Assembly (NCBI RefSeq): GCF_009914755.1
Contig: NC_060930.1
Reading direction: 5' to 3' (one strand)
Source of the DNA: the human T2T-CHM13v2.0 reference genome, Homo sapiens
DNA: 64,000 bases
A program made the position numbers and the translations under genes. The notes under the pieces are model-generated. The model was not told where the DNA came from. It saw nothing but the letters and a program-made list of their open reading frames with translations, and ran no database searches. Below are positions 1-13,175 of the stretch, piece after piece (position 1 is the stretch's first letter; each line of letters starts with the position of its first letter).

Positions 1-84
1 TGTTGCAGAAACAGCAAGAGAACTAGAATTAGAAGGAAAATCTGAATACTGAATTGCTGCAATCTCATGATAAAATGTGAATGG

Positions 85-421
85 GGCCAGGTGCAGTGGC
101 TCACGCCTGTAATCCCAGCACTTTGGGAGGCTGAGGTGGGCAGATCATGAGATCAGGGGTTCAAGACCAGCCTGGCCAACATGGCAAAACACTGTCTCTA
201 CAAAAATACAAAAATTAGCCGGGCATGGTGGCACATGCCTGTAATCCCAGCTACTCAGGAGGCTGAGGCAGGAGAATCGCTTGAACCTGGGAGGCAGAGG
301 TTGCAGTGAGCCGAGATCAAGTCACTGAACTCCAGCCTGGGAGACAGAGCAAGACTCCGTCTCAAACAAAACAAAACAAAACAAAACAAAACAAAACAAA
401 ACAAAACAAAACAAAACAAAA
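85..421 (+). mobile_element. AluS (Sg-like) with (CAAAA)n tail
   Basis: Full dimeric Alu; gatcatgagatcag shows the 2-bp deletion; about 11 CAAAA units at 364-421; imperfect TSD aaaa..tgaatgg. Confidence 0.93.
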
Positions 422-726
422 CTTGAATGGATGAGGAGTTGTTTCTTATGGATGAACAAAGAAAATGGTTTCTTAAGATGGAAGCTACTCCTGGTGAAGA
501 TACTATGAATGTTGTTGAAAGGACAAGGGATTTAGAATATTACACAAACTTAGAGAGGAACTGACCCCAATTTTGAAAGTTGTACTGTAGGTAAAAAGCT
601 ATCAAACAGCATTGCATGCTGCAGAGAAATGAAAGGAAGAGTCTACTGATGCAATCAACTTCACTGCTGTCTTAATGTTTATGACTCTCTAAAGGCTCAA
701 ATGATCATCAGCACTTTTTAGCAATA

Positions 727-1141
<415 letters not shown>

Positions 1142-1224
1142 TAGTGTGACTGCCTTGTGAAATTCACTTCATTGCAGTGGTCTGGAACTGAACCCAAAGT
1201 ATCTACGAGGTATGCCTGTACTCT

Positions 1225-1378
1225 GGAGATTCAGTTGGTATTCCCTAGGCATCTCTCATGAATACGTGAAGTATATATGTTAATAAACTTCTGTTAGTTT
1301 TCTTTTGTTAATCTGAAGTTTGCCACAAGTGTTCTTGCCAACTGAGAACTCGGGAAAAGTTATGTTTTCCCCCATGCT
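1225..1378 (+). mobile_element. LTR 3' fragment (MER34/MER39-like, ERV1)
   Basis: aataaacttctgttagttttcttttgttaatctg resembles the 3' end of the LTR at 3909-4442. Confidence 0.55.
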
Positions 1379-2452
1379 AAAACTAACAAGCCACTGGAAA
1401 TGAATGGAGATAAAAACCTTTCTATTTTTCTCGTGGGTATAATTTCAAAACATTCTGATGGCAGCCATTGGCTGTAAAACCTGTGTACAACATTCAGTGT
1501 ATTTCAACAAAGCTTAATAATTAATGAACATCCTATGTCATTAATTTATAATAAATCCAATCTGTTTCAGAATTTTCAAATGCACTGCTTAAGATTCTGT
1601 CCCAGTGGTAATTAGCTAACAGTGACAGTCTTTAAATTCTTTTATTTGCATTTGTCATAATACGCTTTCCGGACAATCTAGTGAATGTTCAGTGAGTGAC
1701 TTTAAGGGTTGTGGCAGTGGTCAGGCTATCTGATTACTTTCCCTAACGAGTGAGGAGCTTTTCTCATCATTAGAATACATGTCAGAATAGAGACTTCCTG
1801 CATTAGACACAAATAGGTAGAAATTTTTGTAATTATGCTTATTTTTACCATTAGGATTCCCAACAAATTTTGATAATTTAATTTGGTTCTCTTCCTTATG
1901 TTGATATGGAGGTACTGGATAAAATATTGATTTAATTTGGTAAATATTACTGTTATAATTTGGTAAAATAACATGAACTTTTATTTAAAAAGCAACTGAG
2001 TGCTTGCTTGGACACTGAAGAAATAGCTTCATAGTATTCAGCCAAAGCTGTTTATGACTGATACTTACATCAACAAATACAGACCACTTAATTTTAAATC
2101 TAAGTGTTCATCAAGAGAAATTAGTCTTTCTGAGGTGGGCTTTTTTTCCTTTTTTTGCTAGTTTTGCAATTATGCAAGACATCAGTAAAGTTGTTCCTTT
2201 TCAATGCCTCATCTCCATATTTACATTTCAACCACTTGGTACCTTGTCTACCGAGGAACATAGAGCTCAGAGGCTCTTCCCAAACTGCCAAATCCTCCAA
2301 AAACAGATATTTAATAGGGTTTACTCAGTTCCACAAATGATGAGCCAGCTACCACCCATCAGAATTCATTCATCATTGGACCTATTAAACCCATCAGAAT
2401 AAAATGCTAATTTGGATTTAAATGCTCATGAAGACTTAACCCTACCTAAATG

Positions 2453-2508
<56 letters not shown>
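2453..2508. repeat. (ATCT)14 tetranucleotide STR
   Basis: Perfect 56-bp array in the tail position of the adjacent minus-strand Alu. Confidence 0.98.
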
Positions 2509-2781
2509 GAGACAGGGTCTTACGCTGTCTCCCAGGCTGCAGTCCAGTGGTGTGATCACAACTCCCTGTAGCCTTGACCGCCTGGGCTCAAGCGATCCTC
2601 CCGCCCCAGCCTTCTAAGTAACTGGGACTACAGGCACGTGACACTATGTCCAGCTAATTTTTGGTAGAGATGGGTCTTACTATGTTACCCAGGCTGGTCT
2701 CAAACTCCTGGGCTCAAGCGACCCTCACGCCTTAGCCTCCCAAAGTGCTGGGATTTCAGGCATGAGCCACCGAACCTGGCC
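2509..2781 (-). mobile_element. AluJ
   Basis: gagacagggtct...cctgggctcaagcgatcctccc (J-type). Confidence 0.92.
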
Positions 2782-2806
2782 TGAAAATGTCTTTTAAATA
2801 GCAAAC

Positions 2807-3100
2807 AGCCAGGTGCAGTGGCTCACGCCTGAAATCCCAGCATTTTGGGAGGCTGAGGCGGGAGGACCACTTGAGCCCAGGAGTTCAAGATCAGCCTGGG
2901 CAACACGGCAAGACCCCATCTCTTAAAAAAAAGTTAGCCAGGTGAGGTGACCCTCACCTGTACTCACAGCTACTTGGGAGGCTGATATGGGAGGATGGCT
3001 TAAGCTCAGGAGTTCGGGACTACAGAGAGCTATGATCATGCCACTGCACACCTGCTTGGGTGATAGGCCAAGACTCTGTCTAAAAAATCAAAATAAAAAA
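2807..3100 (+). mobile_element. AluJ
   Basis: agccaggtgcagtggctcacgcc...cttgagcccaggagttcaag...; A-rich tail. Confidence 0.92.
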
Positions 3101-3908
3101 CATCTCCAGTTACCTTTCATCCAAAGGACTACTTGAGATGTTAAATTTGGCCAAGAGAAGAGACACTAGGAGACAAAAATTGCCTTAAACTTATGCTACT
3201 CCTTAAAGACTATATAGTACATAGTCATGAGTTTAGAACTACCTTCACCTATAGTTGAACTATCCCTTTCTGGATCCTTGGTCAGACAGTCCCTCATCTT
3301 TCATCTAGTGTGTACTCTGAAAAGGAATATTAGACATGTGCTTCCAAATGTAGCAATGAAAACTCTAGAAATATGAGTAGTAGACAGGTAAAAACAGCAA
3401 TATGTGAATATTAAAAGTGTTATAAAGAATATTATATAATGATAAAAGAGTCATTTCACCAGGAAGATAGAATAATTATAAATATATATGCACCCAATAT
3501 CTGAGCATCTAAATATATAAAGCATACAATGACAGAACTGGAGAGAGCAATAAACACAATACAATAGTAGGAGGAAATCTGAATTCCCCACTTTCAGTAA
3601 TGGCTAGAACAAACAGACAGAAAATCAATAAGAAATAGGGGACTTGAAAAACACGATAGACCAAATGGACCTAAAAGACATATATAGAATATTTCACCTC
3701 AGAGCAGCAGAAGTGCTATGTTCCAGGATATGTCCCAAAACAAGTCTTAATGAATTTAAGAAGACTGAAATGACACCAGGTATTTTTTCTGAGCACCACA
3801 GGATTAAAGTAGAAATCAATAGCAGAGAGAATACAAGATAATTCACAAATATGTGGAAATTAAACAATATACTCTTAACCAATGAATGGGTCTTTAACAA
3901 CCAACAAA

Positions 3909-4442
3909 TGGGTCTGAATATGTTACCCCAAATAATCTTTATTTAATGGATTTTGAGCCAAATGCCACTGAGAATCAGCAGACTCAATATGAAGCTCTAA
4001 AATCAAGGCACAAATTTTCTTTTTGTAAAGGAAATTTATATTTAAATAGAAAATTTCCATTTGTAGAGATATCTCCCTCTAACTCAGTAGGGATATGATA
4101 ACTCCTAACATATCAATGGAGAAGACATCAACTTAAATGTGCATACAAAACCTTACTAAACAACCCCTGTTTATTATACTTTTCCTGGTCAATTTCCCAT
4201 AACTTGCTTACCCAGCCACAAAGCCCCAAGCCTCCACTCCTTTGTTTTAGTCTAAGACAGTATTTAAGCTCAAATTCTAAACACCCATTTAGGTTACTCA
4301 TAGCTGTGTGCTCCCAAGTGTACATACATGATGCACATGCTAATAAACTTCTGTTTGTTTTTCTCCTGTTAATCTGTCTTTGGAAAGATTAAGCTGGAAA
4401 ACCTGAAATGAGTAGAGAAAAAGACTTTTTGCCTTTCCTATA
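3909..4442 (+). mobile_element. Solo LTR, MER34/MER39-like (ERV1), inserted in L1
   Basis: Interrupts collinear L1 ORF2; begins tgggtctgaatatgttaccccaaa; contains aataaacttctgtttgtttttctcctgttaatctgtc. Confidence 0.7.
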
Positions 4443-4573
4443 GGGAAATTATAAAATATCTTGAGACATAAGAAAACAAAAATACAACATGCCAAAACTT
4501 ACGAGATGCAGCAAAAGCAGTGCTATGAGGAAAATTTATAGCTATAAATGCCTACATTAAAAAGAAAGAAAAA

Positions 4574-4860
4574 GGCCAGGCATGGTTGCTTATGTCTGTA
4601 ATCCCAGCACTTTAGAAGGCCAAGGTGGGAGAATTGCTTGAGGCCAGTAGTTCAAGACCAGCCTGGGAAACATAGGGAGACCCTGTCTCTACAAATAATA
4701 ACAAAATTAGGTAGGTGTGGTGGCATGCACCTGTGGTCCCAGCTACTTGGAAGGCTGAGGTGGAAGGATCACCTGATCCCAGGAGATCAAGGCTGCAGTG
4801 GTCCATGATTATGCTATAGCATTTCGGCCTGGGCAACAGAGTGATACCCTGTCTCAAAAA
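4574..4860 (+). mobile_element. AluJ inserted in L1
   Basis: ggccaggcatggttgct...gagatcaaggctgcagtg...gtctcaaaaa. Confidence 0.92.
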
Positions 4861-5069
4861 GAAGAAAGAAGAAAGAAGAAGAAAGAAGAGGAGAAGAAAG
4901 AAGAGAAGAAGGAAGAGGAGAAGGAGGAGGAGGAGGAGGAGGAGGAGGAAGAAGAAGAAGAAGAAGAAGAAGAAGAAGAAGAAGAAGAAGAAGGAAGAAG
5001 AAGAAGAAGAAGAAGAAGAAGAAGAAGAAGAAGAAGAAGAAGAAGAAGAAGAAGAAGAAGAAGAGGAAA
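4856..5069. repeat. Purine-only tract containing (GAG)8(GAA)15 G (GAA)23
   Basis: No pyrimidine on + strand over 214 nt; GAG 4924-4947, GAA 4948-4992 and 4994-5062. Confidence 0.97.
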
Positions 5070-8000
5070 TACTTCAAATAAAAACAAAACATTATACCAC
5101 CAAAGAGCAAGAAAAAGAAGAACAGGGTATAAAGCTAGTGCAAGGAAGTAATAATGATCAGAGCAGGAAAAAAAAGGAGAATATAAAAACACTGGGGAAA
5201 AAAACTCAATGAAACAAAGTTTTTTTTTTTAAAGACAAAATTGACAAACCTTTAGCTAAACTAAAAAAAAACTCAAACAAAAAAAAATCAGAGATGAAAC
5301 AGGAGATATTATAACTGATGCCACAGAAATAAAAAGGACCATAAAAGGCTACTATGAACAATTAAACAATTATATGCTAACAAGCTGGAAAACCTAAAAG
5401 GAGGAGAAAAATTTGTAGAAATACAGAACCTACTAACATTGAATCATGAAGAAATAAAATATCTGAACACACCTTTAAATAGTAAAGAGATTGAATCAGG
5501 AATTAAAAAAAAAAAAAATCCCGCCCCCATCCCCTGCCCCAAAAAAGCTCAGGACCAGATGGCTTCACTGGTGAATTCCACCAAACATTTAAAGAATTAA
5601 TGCCAATCCTTCTCAAACTCTTCCATGAAATTGAAGAAGAGGGAACACTCTTGAACTCAAATTACGAAGCGGTGTTACCGTTACCCCATAGCCTAAGACA
5701 CTACAAGACAAGCAAACTATAGGCCAATAACCCTGATGAAGACAGATGCAAAAATACTCAACAAAATACTAGCTATCTGAATTCAACAGTATATTAAGGG
5801 AACAAATGAGATTTATCCCTGGGATGTAAGAATGGTTCAACATACACAAATTAATAGATGTGACACACCATAGTAACAGAATGAAGGATTAAAAAAAACA
5901 CATGACCATCTCAACAGCTACAGAAAAAGAAATTGACAAAATTTGATATCCTTTCATGACAAAAGCTCTCAATGAACTAGGAATAGAAGAAAATTTCCTC
6001 AAGATAATAAAGGCCATATATGAAACCTCACAGCTGACATCATCTCAGTAGTGAAAAACTATACCTTTAAGATAAGGAACAAGGCAAGGATGCCCACTCT
6101 CACCACTTCTATTCAACACAGAGCTAGAAGTCCTTACCAGAGCAATTAGGCAAGAAAAAGAAATAAGCACTGAAAAGGAAGAAGTAAAATGTGTTTGTAG
6201 ATGACATGATCTTATTTGTAAAAAAAACTTTTAAGAATCCACAGAAAAACTGTTAGGACTAATAAAGGAATTCAGTGAAGTTAAAGGATACCAAATCAAC
6301 ATACAAAAACCAGTTGCATTTCTACATACTATCAACAAACTATCCAAAAGGGAAACTAAGAAAACAATCCTATCTACAATAGCATCAAAAATTACTTAGG
6401 AATAAACTTAGCAAGGTGATGAAAGACTTGTATACTGAAAAATCATAAAACGTTGATTAAAGAAATTTTAAAAGATACAAATAAATGGAAAGATATCCTA
6501 TGGTTATGGATGGGAAAACTTAATATTGTCAACATGTCCACACTACCCAAAGCAATCTACAGATTCAATTCAATCCATATCAAAATCTCAATGGCATTTT
6601 TTACAGAAATAGGAAAAACAGTCCTATAATTCATATGGAACCCCAAAGACTCTGAATAGTCAAATGATCAGGAGAAGGAACAAAATTGTAGGCATCACAC
6701 TTTTCTATTTCAAAGTAGATTACAAAGCTATAGTAATCCCAACAGTATGGTAATGGAATAAAGACATATAGACAAATGGAACAGAATAGGGAGCCCAGAA
6801 ATAAGCCCACAAATATATGGTCAACTGATCTTTAACAAGAATGCCAAAAATACACAATGGGGAAAGGACAGTCTCTTTAACAAATAATGCTGGAAAAACT
6901 AGATATCCGCATGCTTAAGGAAGAAATTAGACCTATACACAAAAATCAGCTCAAAATGGATTAAACACCTAAATGTGAAGCCTAAAAGTGTAAAACTTCT
7001 AGAAAAAAAGATAGGGAGAAGGTTCATGACAGTGGTCTTGGCAATGATTTCTTGAGCATGACATCAAAAACACATACAATAAAAGCATAAATAGACCACT
7101 AGGACATAAACTATAAGGCTTCTGCACAGCAAAGAAATCAACAGAGTAAAAAGGCAACCTACAAAATGGGGAGAAAATAATTGCAAACCATATCATCTGA
7201 TGAGGGGTTAGTATTTAAAATTTAAGGAACTCTTACAACTCAACAACAATAAAACCAAATAATCAAATTTAGAAATGGGCAAAGGAACTGAATAGACATT
7301 TCTCCAACGACAACATACAAATGGCCAACAGGTATGTGAAAAGATGCTCAATACTACTAATCATCAGGAAAATCCAAATTAAAATCCTCATGAGCTATCA
7401 CCTCACACCTGTTAGGATAGCTATTATCAAACAACAACAACAAAAAAAGATGGCCAGTGTTGGTGAGGACATGGAGGAACTGGTACCCTTGTACACTGTT
7501 ACTGAGAATGAAAAATGGTGCAGCCACTATGGGAAACAGTATAAAGGTTCCTCAAAAAATTAAACACAGAAATACCATATGATTCAGCAATCCCACCTCT
7601 GGATATTTATCTAAAATAACTGTAATCAGGACCTCAAAGGGATATGTACACTCACATACTTACTGCAGCATTATGTACAATAGCCAAGATATGGAAACAA
7701 ATTAATTGTTCATCTACAAGTGAATGGAAAAAGGTAGTATGTACATACAAGAGAATATTATTCAGCCTTTTTCTAAAAAAGAAAGAAATCCTGCCATATG
7801 GATATCTCTATTGGACATTATGCTATGTGAAATAAGCCAATCACAGAAGGACAAACACTGCATTATTTCACTTATGATGTATCTAAAACAGTCAAACTCA
7901 TAGAAGCAGAGAATAAAATGGTGGTTGCCATGGGCCACGGGGAGGAGAAAATGCGGAGTTGCTATTCAATGGGTATAAAGTTTCAGTTATGCAAGATGAG

Positions 8001-8149
8001 TAAGTTCTAGAGATAGGATGTACAACATGATGCCTATGGTTAATGATCCTGTATCGTACACTTTAATATTTAAGAGGGCAGATCTCATGTCAAGTATTTT
8101 TACCACAATGAACAAAACAGAGCTATAGTATATTATTATATTGGCATAA

Positions 8150-8625
8150 CTCTAGGAAAGTAATTTAGCAATATTTATCTATTGTCATGAAAAAGTTCAA
8201 AATTGTTGACTCCACAATCCCACTTTTGAGGCACCCACTTTTGAATCCCACTTTTGAAGGACCAACTTAACAAAATGTTGTAAGATGTGGAACAAGTCTT
8301 ATACCTAAAGACATCCATTAAAGTAACATGTGTAACTATAAAAAAGCAAAAGCAGTAATAGTCAATGGGGGACTATTCCTTCCATGGATTTGTATCTAAC
8401 CAGTGAAAATAAATGTATTTAAAGTAAGTCAGTACCATGGATAATTTCTCATATAATATTTAATAACAATTATTTGATTATTAATATGCACATTGATGCT
8501 GAGAGGGAATACATGAAAATTGCTAAAGCTGCATTAGGGTGAAGAAATTATGGATGATGTTTCTTTTTGTTTTTGCCAAAATTTCTGTAATGCTATGTTA
8601 TATTTGGATCATTAAAATAAATACA
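8150..8625 (+). mobile_element. Degraded L1ME-like 3' fragment with 3x cccacttttga
   Basis: ggaaagtaatttagcaatatttat...gactccacaatcccactt; local triplication 8219-8257. Confidence 0.5.
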
Positions 8626-10246
8626 TTTACTTATTATACACATGAAGCACTGTTTATAAAAAGATGATTGGAAAACAAACATTTTTGTCAGCTGAAACTG
8701 GTTTATCTTCCTAATTCGTCACCTAAAAACAGTTTACATATCATAGAAAGCAAAAGGAAACAAGCCTGCCCTGTAGTTTTTCATTTGGAAAGACTGATTT
8801 CTTCTAGGTTAGAAGGGTCCTCTGTCACACCTCATCCTTCAATACAAGCAGATTTACAATTTCCTGGGCTGTGACTTGTAGAATGCAGCCTCACTTGCCA
8901 TCCTGGGACTAGACTCTTCCTTTTGGGTTGAGGTAGCTGTAGAGTTGCTGTCATAATAAACACCACAGTGAAGCAACATCCAAGGTGCATCTGAAGATTT
9001 TTTTTTTTAATTAACTGCTTTAAACCCACAGAACACTTAATTTAATAGTTCCTGAGGAATACAGCCCTCCACTAGACCCAATGAGAACACATCATTTTCA
9101 TTATACTTGTCCTAAGGTATATGGACCTCTTAGGTTCCAATAACAGGACTTCAATCAACTCAGTTGCTATTGGGTATAGCGAGCATAACTTACATGAAAA
9201 GGCTAAAACCCTCTATACAGCTGACACAATTAAGAATTTCTCCATCTTATTCCTAACAGCTCCATTTTATCCCATTGTACACCTTAAAAATATTTAAGAA
9301 AATACATAGTCAAGGATATAATTAAGAAGTATTTACGAAAACTCCAAACTCCATGTTTTATAACTAAGAGAATTCTCACTTATGTATAGCTACAATTCAT
9401 GTAAAGAAACAGCTTTTGCTTAGTTATTGATGATTTCACCTAATTTGAATCCAAACAAAAATCCTGAATGACATATTTAATTTTTACCTCGACAATGACT
9501 GAAACATTATTACTGAATACTTACATATTTAAATTGTGTATTTCACTTATGAGAAAAGTAAAAATACAAATTTCAAGATCTCAAAGCAAGAAGGCTCAAT
9601 AAAACATTATATAAAAATGTTGATCTTTGACTATTTTATAACTGTTATGCTAAAGAGAAACATGAAACCTTTGCATTGTTAATATTAGATCAAGTAAGTA
9701 GAAAGCTTAAATATTAACATTTACCTTCCTTGGTCCTTCATCGCATGTTACTTGCTATTCAGGCCACATGAGTTTATTGTCTGTGATATTAGAAACACAC
9801 TTATATAACCTAATGGGTTACGATCCAGAAATGGATTAAGGCATTATCTTTTAAAATGGAATATGCCTTGCAGAAAAGTATCCTCTGATTGAGAATACTG
9901 ATGCCTTTAAGGACTGTTTGGGGTATTTTGAAGAAAACTATGGATCAACACATATAACTGGAAATATAGTGGAATTTACTCATACGCTTTTAGGGTTTTC
10001 TCTCTAAACACTATTAGGAGTTTTAGATTTTGGTGAACAAACTGCCTTGGGTATTAAAAAGTAGAAAAACTCCTATTTATGCTAAGTAGTCATATGCTAT
10101 TGGTTCAAATCTGTATTCTCACATATTTTAAAACTTTAAGTTTTAAAAGGCCAATTGGCTTGTAGTTCACTTAAAATGTATTTATTTATGTCACCTTAAG
10201 GCTCTGATTAAAAATAAATAAATTACATTGTCAAGATGGTATATCA

Positions 10247-10383
10247 AGCCAGGCATAGTGTCATACTTGTAGTCCCAGCTGCTCAGGAGGCTGAGGTGGG
10301 AGGATTGCTTACTTGAGCCCAGGGGTTCCAATCTAGCCTGGGCAGCATAGTAAGACCCTTCTCTTAAAAAAAAAAAAAAAAAA
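10247..10383 (+). mobile_element. FLAM_A-like Alu monomer
   Basis: Single monomer plus polyA; TSD aagatggtata(t/c)ca. Confidence 0.88.
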
Positions 10384-10876
10384 GATGGTATACCAGTGGT
10401 TGCACTTCAGTACAAAAATTTCAGTTCAGAGACTAGTCACTAAAGAATGACTCAGTGAAACGCTATGAGAAAGGATTGGGGGCTTTTAATGTATCATTTA
10501 TATCTTAGACTATAAATGGTAAATCTCAGAACTTGAGCATTTTTAGGTTGTGTGACAGTATGTATTACCAACTCAATGTCCTTCCTGATTTAAGTTTCTC
10601 CCAGTTCTTTCATTTTATCTCATTTCTAGAACATACACAGCAGATTTTATGTTTAAACTTGAGCAACTCTTTGCCTGGACAGCATAGCAGATTCACAAGC
10701 AACACATTTCCTAGAAAAAGAATCTCTAAGTTCTGTCCTTGACATGCCCCTGCCAGTGCTCTTTGCCTGTGAATACCTAGGTGGAGGGAAAGTTAAACTC
10801 CATTTAACCGAATATACTTTGAGGTCTCAGGAGGTTTAGGTGAGTGGATGATGGTATTTAAAACTTTAATTTTACA

Positions 10877-11180
<304 letters not shown>

Positions 11181-11424
11181 CCCTTTAATTTTATTGATGC
11201 ATGTTTCAAAGACCACCTATTCTAAATATCATAAGGCTCAGAAAAGTAAAAGTTATTGAAAATCAAAGAATCATTTTCTTTGAGGAAATTTCCACCAGAG
11301 TTTTATGCAGCATAGTTGTAGTCAATTAATACATCTTAAGAGTTTGGCCCCATATCATTTAAAAGGCATACCATATACACAATGATACTTATGAAGAATT
11401 AAAATACTAACCAGAAATACAATT

Positions 11425-11665
11425 TTCATTTATTGAATATCTACTATGTTTCAGAATGTATTAAATGCTTTAAATACTTTGTCTCATTCAATTTACTGCT
11501 CACAGTAAGACTGCATAAAGACTGCATGTTAGGAAATATTCTCCATACCCTATAGAAATGGAAACTGAGGCTCAAAGAAGTAATTTGTCAACATAAATGG
11601 CTAAATTGTGAATAAAATCCACATCAATTTGACTTTAAAATCTATTATCCTAACCAATATGCTAC
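11425..11665 (-). mobile_element. MIR
   Basis: catttattgaatatctactatg...ggaaactgaggctcaaagaag core. Confidence 0.7.
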
Positions 11666-11914
11666 AATGTTTTCTAAAGAATTTTTTTTTCCAAAATGTT
11701 CTTTAGTCTTTTCACTGTTTTGCTGAGGTGTTTTTTCCACCTTAACTAGTGATATTTTGGCAAATACACAATATAAAGTCAAAATTTTTAATCTTATTAA
11801 GGAAAGAACTTGCATTGTTTTTTAGTTTATATTGGAGTAACACTGTATAATTTGCTTTATGGGTTATAGATCCTTTTCTTGTGCATAACTTCCTTGATCA
11901 TCTTAAATTAGGGC

Positions 11915-12030
11915 CACTTTATAAAGGAGGAGACTGAGGCTCAGGGAGGTTAAATGAGATTTGCCTGTGGTCAGGCAAACATGAAGTGTTGGAGCTGAGT
12001 TTTGAAATCTAGTTTTCTGACTTTCAAGTA
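11915..12030 (-). mobile_element. MIR fragment
   Basis: gaggagactgaggctcagggaggttaaatga. Confidence 0.65.
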
Positions 12031-12487
12031 CAACATTCTGTCTTCTTGGTAAAGGTACAGAGGCAATGTAAGTTTGAGAACAGCTAGTGTTCGAGTGCCT
12101 TGCTTAACAAGATTTGTAGCTTCTAAAAAATATGCCAACCATAAAACGCCTGGTAAAAGAGCTTGAGTTGGCCATACCACATGACCTTCATTGTGTATGT
12201 GGAAGGGGCTGCCCTCCTGCAGTGGCTGAGCAGAACGTTGGCCTCACCCAGGCTTCAGACAAGGAGAGATGTTATTCGGCCTGTGACCTGGCATTTCACC
12301 ATGAAATTATCTTTCTGGAGTATTCAATTTAACTATCTTTCATGAAGGAAGTAAACTTCTTGATTTTTTCTTTTCTGCTTGAAACACTGTTTGAATCATC
12401 TATGATAACAGAAGATATTAACATTGCATGCTGACTTTCTTTTCTTCTTCCAAAAGTTAGAACAAACCAGTAGTGGTCTATCAACTA

Positions 12488-12818
12488 CAGGAGTTATAAT
12501 TATCCATGGTTTCACTTTCTGAGGTTCCTGCTACCTGTGGTCAACCACAGTCTGAAAATTGGTGAGTACAGTACAATAAGATATTTTTGAGAGAGAGCGA
12601 GACCACATTCACGTAACTCCTATTACTCTATATTGTTATAACTGCTCTATTTTATCATTAGCTATTGTTGTTAATCTCTTACTGTGCCTAATTTATAAAC
12701 TAAACTTTGTCATGGGTATATATGCCTAGAAAAAGACATAGTACATACAGGGTTCGGTACTATCTGCCATTTCTGGCATGCACTGGGGATCTTGGAACCA
12801 TGGATGGAAGGACTACTG
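12488..12818 (+). mobile_element. MER44A (TcMar-Tigger MITE)
   Basis: ggtgagtacagtacaataagatatttttgagagag...gggttcggtactatc...gactactg; TA on both flanks. Confidence 0.9.
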
Positions 12819-12962
12819 TACAAAAACAATTAGCATGTTCCACTGCAGTGAGACTCCTGATTTTATATAAAACCATATCTTTTTGGTCATTTTGTTTGTC
12901 TTTTAATAAAGAGATTAGGTGTGGTCTCTCCTACTTTGCCGTGCTATTGAAAACTAGGGATG

Positions 12963-13175
12963 GATTCATTAATTTGATAATTAAGTGCCTACTGGTTGCC
13001 AGGCACTGTTCTACGTGCTTGGGATACATCAGTGAACAAAACAGATAACATCCCCTGCCCTCTATGAGCATATATTCTAGTGTGAGGAAAGACAATAAGC
13101 ATTAAAGCATCAGGTAGTGAAAAGTGCTGAAGTCAGACCAAACAATGACAGAGAGCACTTTTTGTCTAGAGGAGG
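12963..13175 (-). mobile_element. L2 3' fragment
   Basis: gtgcctactggttgccaggcactgttcta...gatacatcagtgaacaaaacaga. Confidence 0.8.

Larger units (their letters stand above)
3428..8110 (+). mobile_element. L1 (L1MA10/L1MB1-like), 5'-truncated, degraded ORF2 plus 3'UTR
   Basis: ORF2-like pieces (MKNTIDQMDLKDIYRIFH; MANRYVKRCS...YHLTPVRIAII); 3' end tttcagttatgcaagatgagtaagttctagagat...gatctcatgtcaagtatttttaccacaat. Confidence 0.9.

Noticed and set aside
4798-5212. Poly-E/R/K/F/L/S ORFs
   Set aside because: They are reading frames through the GAA/GAG repeat.
8219-8257. 3x cccacttttga, superficially array-like
   Set aside because: Local slippage inside an L1 relic; spacers are only 2-4 nt, so not CRISPR-like.
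9725-9780. Minus-strand 56-nt exon-like segment (cacag|...GAAG|gtaaat)
   Set aside because: Weak polypyrimidine tract and stops in all three frames; such pairs arise by chance. Needs RNA-seq junction support.
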